The notes under the pieces: model-generated
Database searches by the model: none
The model's input: the letters and a program-made list of their open reading frames with translations, nothing else
What the model was told of the DNA's origin: nothing
Part shown: positions 11,521-23,162 of the stretch, in pieces
How positions within the stretch are numbered: the first letter of the stretch is position 1
Layout: each line of letters begins with the position of its first letter
Made by a program: the position numbers and the translations under genes
Source: Camelus dromedarius
Lineage: Eukaryota
Reading direction: 5' to 3'
Assembly (NCBI RefSeq): GCF_036321535.1
Contig: NC_087438.1
Coordinates: forward strand, 5,148,001 to 5,212,000
DNA: 64,000 bases

Positions 11521-13479
11521 ACGGCCAGCGCTGGCCCTTCCCTCACCCGCTGTGCAGTCAGGCTCCAACTCCGGGACACTCCAGAATATTCCGGGAAGCT
11601 CTACACCTGCCTCCTTCCCTCAGTTCCTTCTCCTTCCTCAGGTCTCAGCACCTCCCTGGAGAAACTGACTCCTCCGTCACCCAAGTAGGACTCCATTCGT
11701 TCTCCGGAACCTCTGTGCATTTGTCATAGAGGACGTCACATCATTCCTAGTGCTTGTTTCCTTTTGTGTTTGCTCCGTGTCTCTCACCTACTCAACTGTA
11801 AGCTTCGTGGGCGTGTGGGGCTGCGTTCTGCCTCAGAGCGTGCTATTTCTGCAGCCCCTCAAGTGGTCAACACCTCTTGCTGCTGCTGCTCGGGAAGAAG
11901 GTGCATGTTTGTAGGACGTCTCCTCAGGGGAAGGGCTGGCGTGTCACCGCTGGGTGTGGGTGAATCCAGGTTTTCCAGAGCTGGAGCCCCTGGCTTCCTC
12001 GTTTTATTCATTCTCTCATCAGGTGCCCCTTCGGTAGAGACTTAGGTTGGGAACGATGCTCTGTCCTCCGGGAACTCCGGGAACTGAACGAGACAGATGC
12101 TCAGATAGTTATGGTAGCGAGATTTCCGTGCTGCTGGGAGTGTGGGAGCTGGGGGCGCTGGGCAGCATGAGCACGGAGCCCCTCAGCCAGTCCGGGGGAT
12201 CCTGGAAGGTTTCCCGGAGTAGATCCTGGTCCAGGTCTTGCATCGAGTCTCGGCTGCGCAAGGGCACCCGTGGACAGGCAGGCGTGCCTGGGAAACAACC
12301 AGAGCCCCTGGTTCTGTGGCACAAGCACAAAGCGGCACTTTCTAGGCATTTCTCATAAGCCTCTGAAACTGGACAGCTTCTGAGCTGGCCTGTCTTCTTG
12401 TTCCTCTGATCAGTGGCTCGCCTGGCGTCCCTCCACCTGAGCGGGTGGATTATGACCTGTCCCCACTGAGAGCTGACACGCAGCATTTTGCAGGGACGTC
12501 AGGTGGTGCTGACCTGCTTTCTGCTTTCAGTTGCTTTAGTTTCTGAAAATGCGGTGGCCCCTCCCCTGCCCTCCCCACCCCGCCCTCCACAGGGGGACCG
12601 CAGACAGAGGTCTTCCTCCTGGCGCCCTGTGTCACTGGGGAAGTTCAAGGACCGTGTCGCACAGTCTCCTGCTCCCCACCAATGTGCTCCGTCTTCCTGA
12701 ATTCCATAGAAGGAAGTTTCTTAAAGTCTCAGATTCTTCTCTGGGATCCTCAGAGCTAAAATGAAACCATTGCTGGGGAGACTGTCATGTGCCCACCTCG
12801 TGGCTGGACCTGGCAGCCAGAAACAGCACTTGTGAAACTGCTTTCATTTTCTTGTGGGGAACAAATGAAGCAAATAAAACAAAGTGGTATTTCTGAATTA
12901 GAAAGACGGTTTTGTCCAGGAAGTTCAAAGATTAGCAACTCAAGTTTGTCTCCATCAATGACTTCTTTATAAACTGATTTTTCTCAGAGAAAAGGTTAGC
13001 ATTACCTACCTAATCATAATGAATCTATTTAAATATACTTGTATATTATACATTATATATAATTTACCTCAAAATATAAAAGCAAATAATTTGACATTGG
13101 GTGAGAAAGTAAAATCCTGTGCAGAAATCACTGTGGGAAAGATGCAGATTGGCCGTGGGTTTCATTTAGCACAGCTGGGAGCCTGTCGACCCCGTGAGCG
13201 TGTATGCCACGTGGGCTGTACGGCTCTTTGCTTAAACTGCTTCTATTTCATCCTGCGCAGTGCCTCCTGCACAATTATTCTGTCCCTTCAGAGCAAGCTG
13301 TTAGAGCCTCAGCCTTTGCCAGTAGCTTCACCACCTCTTCCGAGTAGCAGTGGATCTGAAATCTTTCTTTGGGCTCAAGCACTTTAATCACTGGAAATAT
13401 GTTGCAAGTACGGGCAAGTCAAGACTGTAGGCCCAAGTCAAGACCTTGGGACCTAAATAATCTCCTTGGCAACTGGCCT

Positions 13480-13800
13480 AGAATCCCCAAGCCATCTATA
13501 ATTTGCATATAAATAAACTTTATGAAATTAAAAATACACACGCGGCCGTAATGTTTACTTGTCCGCCTTTGTCGCCTGCCCCGGGAGGAGAGGTAGCAGG
13601 CGGAGCACGCTCATCTGCACTGAAAGCCCCGGGCTGAACGGCTTTCGCTACGTCTGCAGTCGGCAGCACGTAATGACAGGCGGTGGCTTTGTAGGCGAGG
13701 ACAATACTGGGGGAAAAAAACACAGTTAGAAAAGCATTCATAAAGCCAGCAGTGTTACTTAGCAGCTAAGGGCTCTGTCTTGTCGGAATTATTTTATAAT
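13480..13800. promoter_or_regulatory. Enhancer-like unique block
   Basis: Octamer ATTTGCAT 13501-13508, FOX-type TAAATAAAC and TGTTTAC (13552-13558), followed by a CpG-rich stretch. Confidence 0.35.
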
Positions 13801-13832
13801 TCCTGTAAGGACCGTGGGTGCTGTGAACCTGG

Positions 13833-14125
13833 CATAGTAGCCAGAGTAGGTGAGGTTGTGCTGCTATAACAAATGACCCTGGGTCTCAGGGACTGCCGGC
13901 AGGGCTGTGCTCCTGCTCACATCCCTTCCTGCACACTGGCTGTAGTCCTCACTGCACCCTCTTTCCTTCAGACCCCAGACTGAACTATTCTTCTCATCTA
14001 GAACGTTACTGGGCTCACGACGGCTGGGAGTGAGAGATGGCAGAGTTGTGCATGGGCACTTAAACCTTCTGCTCACAAGTGGCTCAGATCACTTTTCCTG
14101 ATAAGTCTTTGGTCAAACTTCGTTT
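13833..14125 (-). mobile_element. MLT1J-like LTR fragment
   Basis: aggttgtgctgctataacaaatgaccc...cttaaaccttctgctcacaagtggc. Confidence 0.65.
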
Positions 14126-15889
14126 TAGTTGAAAAGAGAAATTACAGTTCCCTTCACAGGAACGGCACCACAAGTCACGTGACCAAGTCTGAAGACCACA
14201 TGGGACCGTACAGAGAATACATGGAAACAACAGTACAGGTTCCCAAACTTGGGTCTCACGCACATAGGTTTCTGCAGCGTGCTCTCTAGAGACAGACCCT
14301 CTCACGGGCAAGTGCTCCTTGGGTGCTGGGTCTTTGCTCCATCGCTTCTGAAATCTAAAAAGGTCTTTCCAAGCGATTAGGACTCTTTTGGCCAACTTGT
14401 GATAGTCTAATTTTTAAGTGACCATTCTCATTTTTAGGGCCTTATGAAGTAGGCTCGCTGTCTTGCCGTCAAATTTCTCATCGTGCAGGAGCATTAGTTG
14501 TATGTAGTTCCTGGACAGGAGGCTGGGGAGCACGCGGGTGCACAGACACCTCTCTCCAGCTAATATCTGCAGTGTCCCGGACAGACCCAGCTCCTGCTTC
14601 ACCAGAGTCTGCCTGGAGCACCTCCGCTGCCCTTCCTTTAGTCCAGAGCTTGCCTCCCTGGGACTCCGAATGTCCTCGCCCGGCGGCCGGCCCAGCGGCT
14701 GCGGTGTTGCTCTGCCTTGTTTCCCGGTGCTCAGAAGCTCTTTGCCAATAGAACCCTTGACGTCCTGCCTCCACATTCTGGCAGGATGTTCCAAACGGGA
14801 GGATGCAGATTAAGCCCTCCCTGCAGTGGACGTGTCTAAAATTCTCTCTGGTGACCTGAATGGGTCACCTTTCCCTTAAATGACAACCCAGAACTTTCTG
14901 ACGGTTAAAACTGTAACCCAGACCTTCTTGGTTTCTGTGAAAATGACCAAGAAGTGATTTTTTTAAAGTTCAGAAGTAATATATCCCAATTTTGTTATAA
15001 AATATCCCTGTACTTACTAGTGAGAAAGTTAACCATTAACAATGTCCTGGATGTAAAAATCTCTGTCCCCAAGAGTATCAGTGAGTATCATTCCATAAGT
15101 ACTGTGTTGCCCGTCTGAGCATGGCCCCGAGAAATTAGACTTGACTCTTGTGCCGCAGAAGGTCCCAGTGGTGGTGATCCAGTCCACGTTTGTGATATCC
15201 AATTGAAAACTGCATTTATATGAACTACATGGAATTAACATTCCTTCTTTAGATATCCTCTGTCAACTCACTGATGACTGAGCCAGTTGATAAGATGCTG
15301 TGGTATGTCTGTTTCAGTCTTGGCCATGAACTCTGTTCTCCTGGTCCTCTGTCAGCCTGGAGGAGTGCTCCCACCCCAAACCTGGCATCCCCATGCCTTG
15401 TCTCCCTGTGTCCAGGCTCAGTCCACTTCCCTGCATCACACCCTGATGGCCCGTTAGCACTTACCTGAGACAGCACACGCTCCAGCTCGCCGTCACAGGC
15501 CCACTGTCTTTACCCATAGTTCCACTCACACTCAACATCGCAGCCACACTGATCTGCCTAAAAAATCCCCACCTCCCTGCAGCCCTTGGAGCTTCATGGA
15601 TGACACTCCATGTCATCCTGTCTCTGCCCCATCTTTTCTCTCTGCCCGCAGAATTCTTGTTCATCTTTTTGAAATCAGGTCTAGAGACACCTACTTTGAG
15701 CAGTATTCATTGACCTCTCATAGGTAGAGGTAGGTGTTTATTTTTTCCCTTAACCTACGGATACCATTGTATTCAGAACTTTCTGCACAGTTTGTCTTCA
15801 GGGATGTCTTCACAGCATTACATTTCACCCTAGCGGGGCTCCAAAAACGTCGCTGGGGAATGGGGGAAGCGAGGAAGGGAAACTAGTCT

Positions 15890-16040
15890 ACGTTCATTAC
15901 AGTTATGATTCAGGGACCTTGTAATTTACGTTCAGCTATTTTAATCCTCCTGACAGCTGTAAAAACGTTGTTATCCTGATTTAAGAATTGGCAAATTGAG
16001 ACTCAAGAGCGTTGAAGTGATTTGAGCAAGTTTCCACTGA
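15890..16040 (-). mobile_element. MIR fragment
   Basis: ttttaatcctcctgacagc...gaattggcaaattgagactcaagagcgttgaagtgatttg. Confidence 0.65.
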
Positions 16041-19000
16041 CAGGATGGGTCCACATTTTTTCTTATTTTGCATCACACTGTCCTCATAGGTCGATAATGT
16101 CTACGATTTTCTTTTAAGAACACATGTATAGTTGCTGAGCCTTATTTATGTATTCTTTGACTATTCAAAATATTTAAGAAAGCCCACTTTGTGACAAACA
16201 CTAGTAAATCCCCAAAGGTTCAGTGATCACCGAGTACCCAACACTGATATCTCGACATCCATGGTGTCAGTCTGCTGATCAGCTCTGGAAAATCCTATTT
16301 TTGGAGGAAGTTTATTTCAGGAGTTCACAACTACAGAGACTTCCCATTGCATACTACTGTGTATCTACCTTTGAGTGTCCAGTATGTAATTATTAAGTAA
16401 CTGATTGAAAAAGAGGTGGAGGGTCCTCCAGAGGTCCCAGATGCCTTTGCAAGACACTCCATGGCTACACTTTGTCTCAAATTATGCCTATTACCTTTTG
16501 TTGTTTTCTCTAATTTATGTCTTTGAGGGATGTTGTGTATAATTTTGCTGTAAACACTTAATTTTATCACCTGAACAGTATGTTCACAGAAATGATGAAA
16601 TCAGTACAAAGTTGTACCATTTGGTTAAAATGTTACTGTTGGTGGCCTAGCAAGAACCAGGAGGATGAACACGTGGAGGGAGAGTTGAACAGAATTACTG
16701 GTTGGGATGAGCAGCGCATCTGTCGTCATCGCTCCCGTGAGCAGAGACACCCGATAGACCTAGAAGAGGCTGCTTCTCATGAAACCAGCTGACGTGCTGG
16801 TATAAGTCTCTTCAAATAAACTGACTTGTTAAGAAAGGGAAAGAGCAAACTTTTCTTCTTGATTCACATTTTAATTACACTGTTTTAAAATATCCCCCTG
16901 GAAATGAGAGCCTGGATCCGGAGCCTTTCATCAGTGAAAAGCAGTGTTTTGATGGTTGACAGACTCTCTTCCCACAGCTTTGCAGTGCCAGGGCTAACGA
17001 GGGTGAGTCTCGGTTGGAAATTTTGCTTTTTTCTGTCTAAGGGAATAAAATCACCCAAATATCATCTTTAAGACTGTTAGCAGAAGTTGAACTTGCTATG
17101 CCTCCCATGCTTGGAAGCCTTGGAATACAATACCGTTCAGTCTGCTAAGACATATTTCTTGAACATAACACATTTTGTAAATGTTCCGTTGTTGCTTCTT
17201 CTAGTCCCCAGAAATCCTTTTTGTTCTGGTCATTCAAATCACATGGTAGAAAGATGTGTTCTTACCCTAAGTTTTTTTTTTTTATAATATTTCGTCATTT
17301 ATTGTTTTCAACCATAAATGTACCAGAGTAGATGGTCTTTCTTACTAACTTTTAGGAGATCTCAGAAGTTAAAGAAAGGAAGGCAGTTCAAAGGAACTTA
17401 CATATTTTTCTTTCTAGAAGCCTACTTACACTGAGGATTTAGAACCAATACATACAGTACTTTTAAATACTTTGATTAAAATGCATTTTTCATTGTTATT
17501 CTGTATTAGTGTGATGAAATTCTGTAACCCCTACCCCCCCGCTTCATCTTAACTTCTGAAGGAGAGGTCCAGGGCGGCGCTGGTCAAGTGTCAAGGCCTT
17601 TAATTGGCCACTTGGCCATTCCTGGGGATGGCTGTTTCTTGGGACCAAGTTAGGCCAGGGAAGAACATCCCAAATGGACCTTGTCACAAGCAGTCCCCAT
17701 ATCCTGTGCCCTCCAAAGACTTCAGGTGAACTTTATTGAGGGAAAATTTGCGTCCAGTAAGAGGCACCATGTAAGGGTTCATTTTGATGAGTTCCGACAG
17801 CTCTGTGAGCCCACGTAGACCCTGGATGCTCTGACGGAGAACTCCCTCCCTGCTGGGTCTGAGAGATCCTGCATCATCACCGAAGGGCAGTGGGGTTCTC
17901 TCGTCCTTCTCTGTAATCTCACGTTCTTTGGGCTTGGGCATCTTGTTCTTTTAAGAAAGTTCTAGATCTTACTGTGAGGCTTTCCAGAGAGGAAAAAGAA
18001 AGAAAAGGAAGGAGAAGGTGGTCAGACTTTGAAACAGGAGCTCATCTGTTCTCCATCTGGTCTTAAAACTCAACTCAGCTGAGCCTGGAGACCTCATTTC
18101 AAGACGCTTCATAAAGACAAACGGTGCATCCGTTCAAAGAACCGAGGGGAGCGCAGAACCAGAGAGTGCAGAGCGGAGCGGCTGTTTGCTGTGGGCGGAC
18201 GGACCAGGGCTTGGCAGGTGGGACACCCCACCACACACGGACACCTCTGTTAGTAGCCCCAGGGACCCAACGTTGCACTTCAGAGCAAGGTTGCTAAGGT
18301 GTTCACCCTGCAGTGCACAGATATAGAAGCACAAGAGTGAGCCCCGTTTGTTTCTCAAAATGTAAGAAAATGCAGGGAAATGCTAAGCATGGTGAAGCGT
18401 GCCACGTGGCATGTAAGTCCTCAGTACTGTTACTGTGAAGTCCCCACTATGGTGCAAAATTAGTTAAGAAACATGGAGGGCTTGGAGTTTGGCAAGTAGA
18501 AATAAGCCATCCAAGCATCTCGCATCTGTAAAAAGAGCGTTAGATGAAAAAGTCAGGTTTAAAAAAAGAAACAAATAAATGCGATTGTGTTTATTAGCTG
18601 TTGCGGTGCTGAAGCTGAGCATGCCACAGCTCTCTAGAGAAAAGAAAATGATCAGTCACATGCTGAAGACACTGAAACTTACATTTTTCTCCTTTCAAAT
18701 TAAAAATAAGTGGATAGATAGATAACGGGGATTTGCCTTGATTTTTTTTCAATGGAAGCATTAATTAATCAGCCCTTTCGTCCTGCCTGATAGAACTTGA
18801 GAGCTTCACTGGCATTCTGAAGACTGAACATATTTTTGCATTTTAACTGTGATGAAGACAATATGCTATTCTTAATAAAGCGATGGTGATTTGGGGACAG
18901 GAAGTGCATATTTGATTATAATTACAATCACCAAATGTTTACTTGCTGTAAATAAGGATCTGGCTGGGGTTTGGTTAACACATGTGCATTTCCATACTGT

Positions 19001-20225
19001 GGGTCTTTTGAAAAAATAGATATATTTTTCATTTCTCTTCATAAGCCCACAGAGACTTCGGATTTGATCCCTTAAGGCCTCAACGTATGCCAGCTGGATA
19101 GCCGGGCTGACGTCTTTAATCACTGAGTTCCTACAGGTTCTGGAAAAGAGAGTCTCGGGTTGAACCCATCTTTGTTTTGCCCACGGCTTCCATCAGATCT
19201 CAGCCTCTGGCTGGACATTCGAGCCTGAGCAGGTGTTCAGGATAGGGTTCCTGGGTTCTCAGGAATCTGCTGGAGTTCTGTGAAGTTTTTCTGTATAAAT
19301 TAAAATGCTACAGCACTTTTCATGAGATATTCAAAGAGGTCAGTGACTGTCCCCGGAAGGTGAAGAAACGGAACATCCTGCAGTTTCTTTCCAACCTGGT
19401 CCTCCACTTTCCATCTGGCATCCCAGTCGCTCCCTGCTCCAAGATAACGTGATATGAAAAAGTGGTGCTTTTATAGTCAGTTCATCCTCAGACAGCAAAT
19501 CGGGTCTCTGTGAGTGTGTGTTGTATTCGCCTGTGCGCCTTTCTGTACTTTAAGTGTTTCTGCAAAATACATCTTTGAAGTCATGTGTCCAGATCATTGT
19601 TATGCGATGACCCTGACAATCCTCCTGCAGCCTGGAGGGGCCTCTTCCTGGGAAGTTTGTTGTACAGGGGAGGGGGATGCACTCAGGAACAGCCAGGCAT
19701 CAATCAACAGGTATTTGTTACTGCATAATTAAATGGGTACTTTCAAGTGCCTATTCTATTAAAAGTTATGAAAATTTAAGTAGCACTTAATATTCAGCTT
19801 GTTTGAGTTTTGGGGTAGAAGTGCCTTTTTGGCAAATTGTTCAGATCTTTTGCTTTTAAGTTGGTGATTGTTGGTCCATTAGGTCGTTTCAATTGCTTAA
19901 ATTCAAATAGAAAACATACACTTTATTTGGGACTTTGGTGTGGATATTTATTTAAGTATAATTTTCTGTGTGCATAGACAAAAAAGCATTTCAAATTTAA
20001 ATATATAGGAAGTCAGTTTAAAAGATGGTCTTAAAATAAGAGGGTTAGACACTTTTCAAGCATGCGTCATTTATTTGGGGAATATTGCATTACTGTCGCC
20101 TTAGCTAGCATTTGTGTCATGTACAGACTGTATATGTGGTGGTACAATTTTCATGTATCTTTTTATAGTGGGCTTGGTTTTAAATAGTAATTCAATTCAG
20201 GAGAATAAAAGATCGCCATACTTTT

Positions 20226-20256
20226 ACACACATACAAACACACACACACACACACA
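20226..20256. repeat. Imperfect (CA)n microsatellite
   Basis: Read directly. Confidence 0.9.
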
Positions 20257-20343
20257 GAGTTCTTGAATAATGAAACAAATTTTGAACAAAATTCAAATGA
20301 GCGCAGTCAGTCCTTTGCATTTTGTCAGCCTCAGGGTTTAGAT

Positions 20344-20678
20344 CTGCACTGTCCGATACGGTAGCCACAGGCCACATGCAACTATTCAAAATTAAATTTA
20401 AAATAGTTTCCTGTGCTATACAGTGTAAACTGGTTGTTTATTTTATATATAGTAGTACCTGCAAATCTCAAATTCCCAATTTATCACATTATGCTGTTCA
20501 CCAGAAATTGACACAACATTGTAAACTGACTATATGTCAACTAAAAAATAAAAATAATAAATTTTTAAGATGTAAGTTGACTATGATAACATGTCAGTTC
20601 CCTAGTACCACATTTCATGTGCTCACCATCCATTTATGGCTAGTGGCTACCATGCTGGATAGCTCAGATAAAGAATGT
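20344..20678 (-). mobile_element. MER3-like hAT-Charlie MITE, interrupted by an L1
   Basis: Inverted repeats ctgcactgtccgatacggtagccac / gtggctaccatgctggatagctcag; internal ccacatttcatgtgctca. Confidence 0.8.
20403..20561 (+). mobile_element. Short young L1 3' end with 5' inversion (minus 20403-20485, plus 20486-20561)
   Basis: Antisense atagtttcctgtgctatacag...caaattcccaatttatc joined to sense acattatgctgttcaccagaaattgacacaacattgtaaactgac + A-tail. Confidence 0.85.
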
Positions 20679-21244
20679 AACTTACTTAACCAGCTTCCTA
20701 AAGCTGTGCATTTAGATGATTTTCAGTGTTTCAGTGTTAATCATAATGCTATAATGAACAGCTTCATATATAAATTTTGTACATACCTATCATATCTCCT
20801 TAAGGTGCAATAATTCGTTCGTTATTCAGTGAATATTCATAGACTACAACGTTCATAGAACTGTTGCATAGAAATAAAATATTTAAGAATCTTTGGCATT
20901 GTGGAACTTAATATTTTAGGAAATGAACAGTTAACAAAATAGAAATGAATAAATGAACGCATGAATGAAGGAGTAAATAATAAATACGTGAATAGATTGC
21001 ATTAAAATAGTTTTTAATTGGTGCACATTGTTTGAGCCATTATTATGATCGTAAACAAGTGCTCCGGTGTGTCATGTCTTAACTTCAACATGTGATAACT
21101 TTTGTCCTGTAGAAGGTTGTAATATTCTGTGCTTCGATTTTTAAGTCTTTTCCTTTATGGCTGATGTTTTTGTGAGAACTTTAGACCCAAAAAGCACTAA
21201 CTAAAAAGGGAGCGTTGGTAATTTTAGAACATAAAAATTTTAAA

Positions 21245-22180
21245 TTTCATTTGTGCACAGACACCACTAAAAAAGTGAAGAACGATCAGGACTAGGAGAT
21301 GTCTATAATGAATACAGCTCATAAAAGTGCTCTCTCCTGTAAATGCTGAAGCCAAAAATATGTATATATGGAAAGTATGTGAAATTTTTTTTTAGTGAGT
21401 GTGTCTAAATGACAAAAAAAAAAAAAAAACAAAAACGGGAGTTGATACTCAACCTCCCTCCTAGTCAGAGGAGTGCAAGTTACTAAGAAGGAATTACAGT
21501 CGCACAACCGTCAGACCGGCCACGTTGGAAGAGCCTGACGGCCCCTCAGTAGGACTGCATATGAAGGACTGAGAACAGGTACACGGCTGTTACTAGTGAA
21601 AGTTAAAGTAACTACCGTAGAAGAATACAGTTGGGCATAACTTTGAACAGAAATGTGATCTTGATCTTGCTTGATCTTCCTGGAGAGTCTTTAGTGAGTG
21701 TCCCCAAGGAGACAGTTTCCAGAATATTCATTTTGACATCATCTATAATAATAAACAGTTGAAAGGAAATAATGTGTCCATCGGTAGGGAGTTGAAAAAA
21801 TAGCTTATGGCATAGTTGGAGATAATGTTAATCAGAGCTTAAGAAAACGAACTGGGTTTATATGTTCTAGCAGAGGTGGTCATCCAGAACAGCAAACTGA
21901 GTAAAAAAAATAGCAAATTGCTGAATACTGGGTCTATGTAGAATGCCATTGTGTACATTTGAAACATACAAAAACACTGCATTTTGTTCTGGTACTGTTC
22001 AGAGATGGTAAAAGTACAGAAATAAACAGGATGCCAGCGGCCCCTGAGGGGAGAAGGGAAAGGTTTCTCAGTAATTCTTCACATCGCTTTTATAAATGTG
22101 GATGGCAGGTTCACAGGTGTTTGTTACATTATTTTTTTCCTGTACTTTTCTGCCTTTTAAATATTTTCATTTTTCAAAAG
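21245..22180 (+). mobile_element. Highly diverged L1ME-type 3' region
   Basis: ccctcctagtcagaggagtgcaagt, aatgtgtccatcggtagggag, terminal ttaaatattttcat typical of old L1 ends. Confidence 0.6.
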
Positions 22181-22681
22181 CAGTTTCCAATGAGAAACAA
22201 AAAGTTTCCAGTGTAAGGGGGGAAATGCCACTTTAAAAACTCTTTGTTTTTTCCACTCCAAACTAACTACGAGAGTTTCTTTTCCTGGTGTCCATCCTCT
22301 CCGCACATGGGTGACATCCAGATGTCATTTTGAATGTTACCTTTTGAAGTTTATGGCCTTGAAACTTCTGAAGGAGTCTGAGTGGAAGATACTCAAGTCT
22401 CTTCCCTATGGAGAACAATGATGAGGAAAAATCCTTCCGAATTTGCCAACATTCTTCGAATATTTAACTTTTATCATTGGTTTCATTCTTTGTTTTTAAA
22501 AATATGGGAGCGTTTTGTTGCCATTACTGATGTTTTTATTCCTGTTGATTTGTAAGAGCACATGGGGGAAGGTCAGCACGGTGGCCAAGCAAGGCCTAAA
22601 CACACATACTTGGCGGCTTCTGGAGCTACGCACTTAGTAATTTTTTTTTTTTTTTTTTGCCCTCTCAATGACTTTTAACAG

Positions 22682-22693
22682 GCATTGTAAAAG
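22682..22693 (+). other. Candidate 12-nt microexon GCATTGTAAAAG
   Basis: T18-gccctctcaatgacttttaacAG|GCATTGTAAAAG|GTAAGA. Confidence 0.25.
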
Positions 22694-23050
22694 GTAAGAT
22701 AAAATATGAATTTTGTTAATGTGAAGGCAAATAATAAATCTCTCTTTGTATAACTATTAGAATATATAGATAATTTAATGCCCAGATTTACGTAGGGTTT
22801 AGACATGGTTATTGTCACATAATGGGGAGTAGCCCCAGGTCAGAAGGTGCACCTGTCCCATACATTTGGTGGCCAGCAGGACATACTGTGCTGTTCCGGG
22901 CACTCCTTCCCTTTCCAGAAGAAGCTACAGATTGTTGCCATGACCCCATAACAGCCACCTTCATGTCTCATTATCTTCCCTGTAACCCCACTCAGTTATT
23001 CAGTTTCTGCAAAGTGCCAGTTTTGATTATGTCTATGCCAATTTGTATTT

Positions 23051-23162
23051 GGGTGGGGGAGGTTATAGCTCAGGGGTAGAGTGCGTGCTTAGCATGCACC
23101 AGGTCCTGGGTTCAGTCCCCAGGACCTGCATTTAAGGAAAAAAGAAAAGAAAAAGAAAGAAA
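23051..23162 (+). mobile_element. tRNA-Ala-derived SINE (camelid Vic-1 type)
   Basis: tatagctcaggggtagagtgcgtgcttagcatgcaccaggtcctgggttcagtcccc resembles tRNA-Ala(AGC) with A and B boxes; A-rich tail; imperfect TSD aatttgtatt / aaattgtatt. Confidence 0.9.

Noticed and set aside
15465..15567. Minus-strand exon with perfect CAG|GTAAGT donor
   Set aside because: Lies in L2-like sequence, acceptor tract is short, and there is no other support
17684..17941. 85-aa minus-strand ORF MPKPKEREITEK with A at -3
   Set aside because: No recognisable homology, domain, or retrocopy hallmarks; length compatible with chance
23055..23130. tRNA-Ala(AGC) gene
   Set aside because: Acceptor stem does not pair cleanly, and an A-rich tail and TSD are present, so it is a SINE; the same applies to 41130-41204
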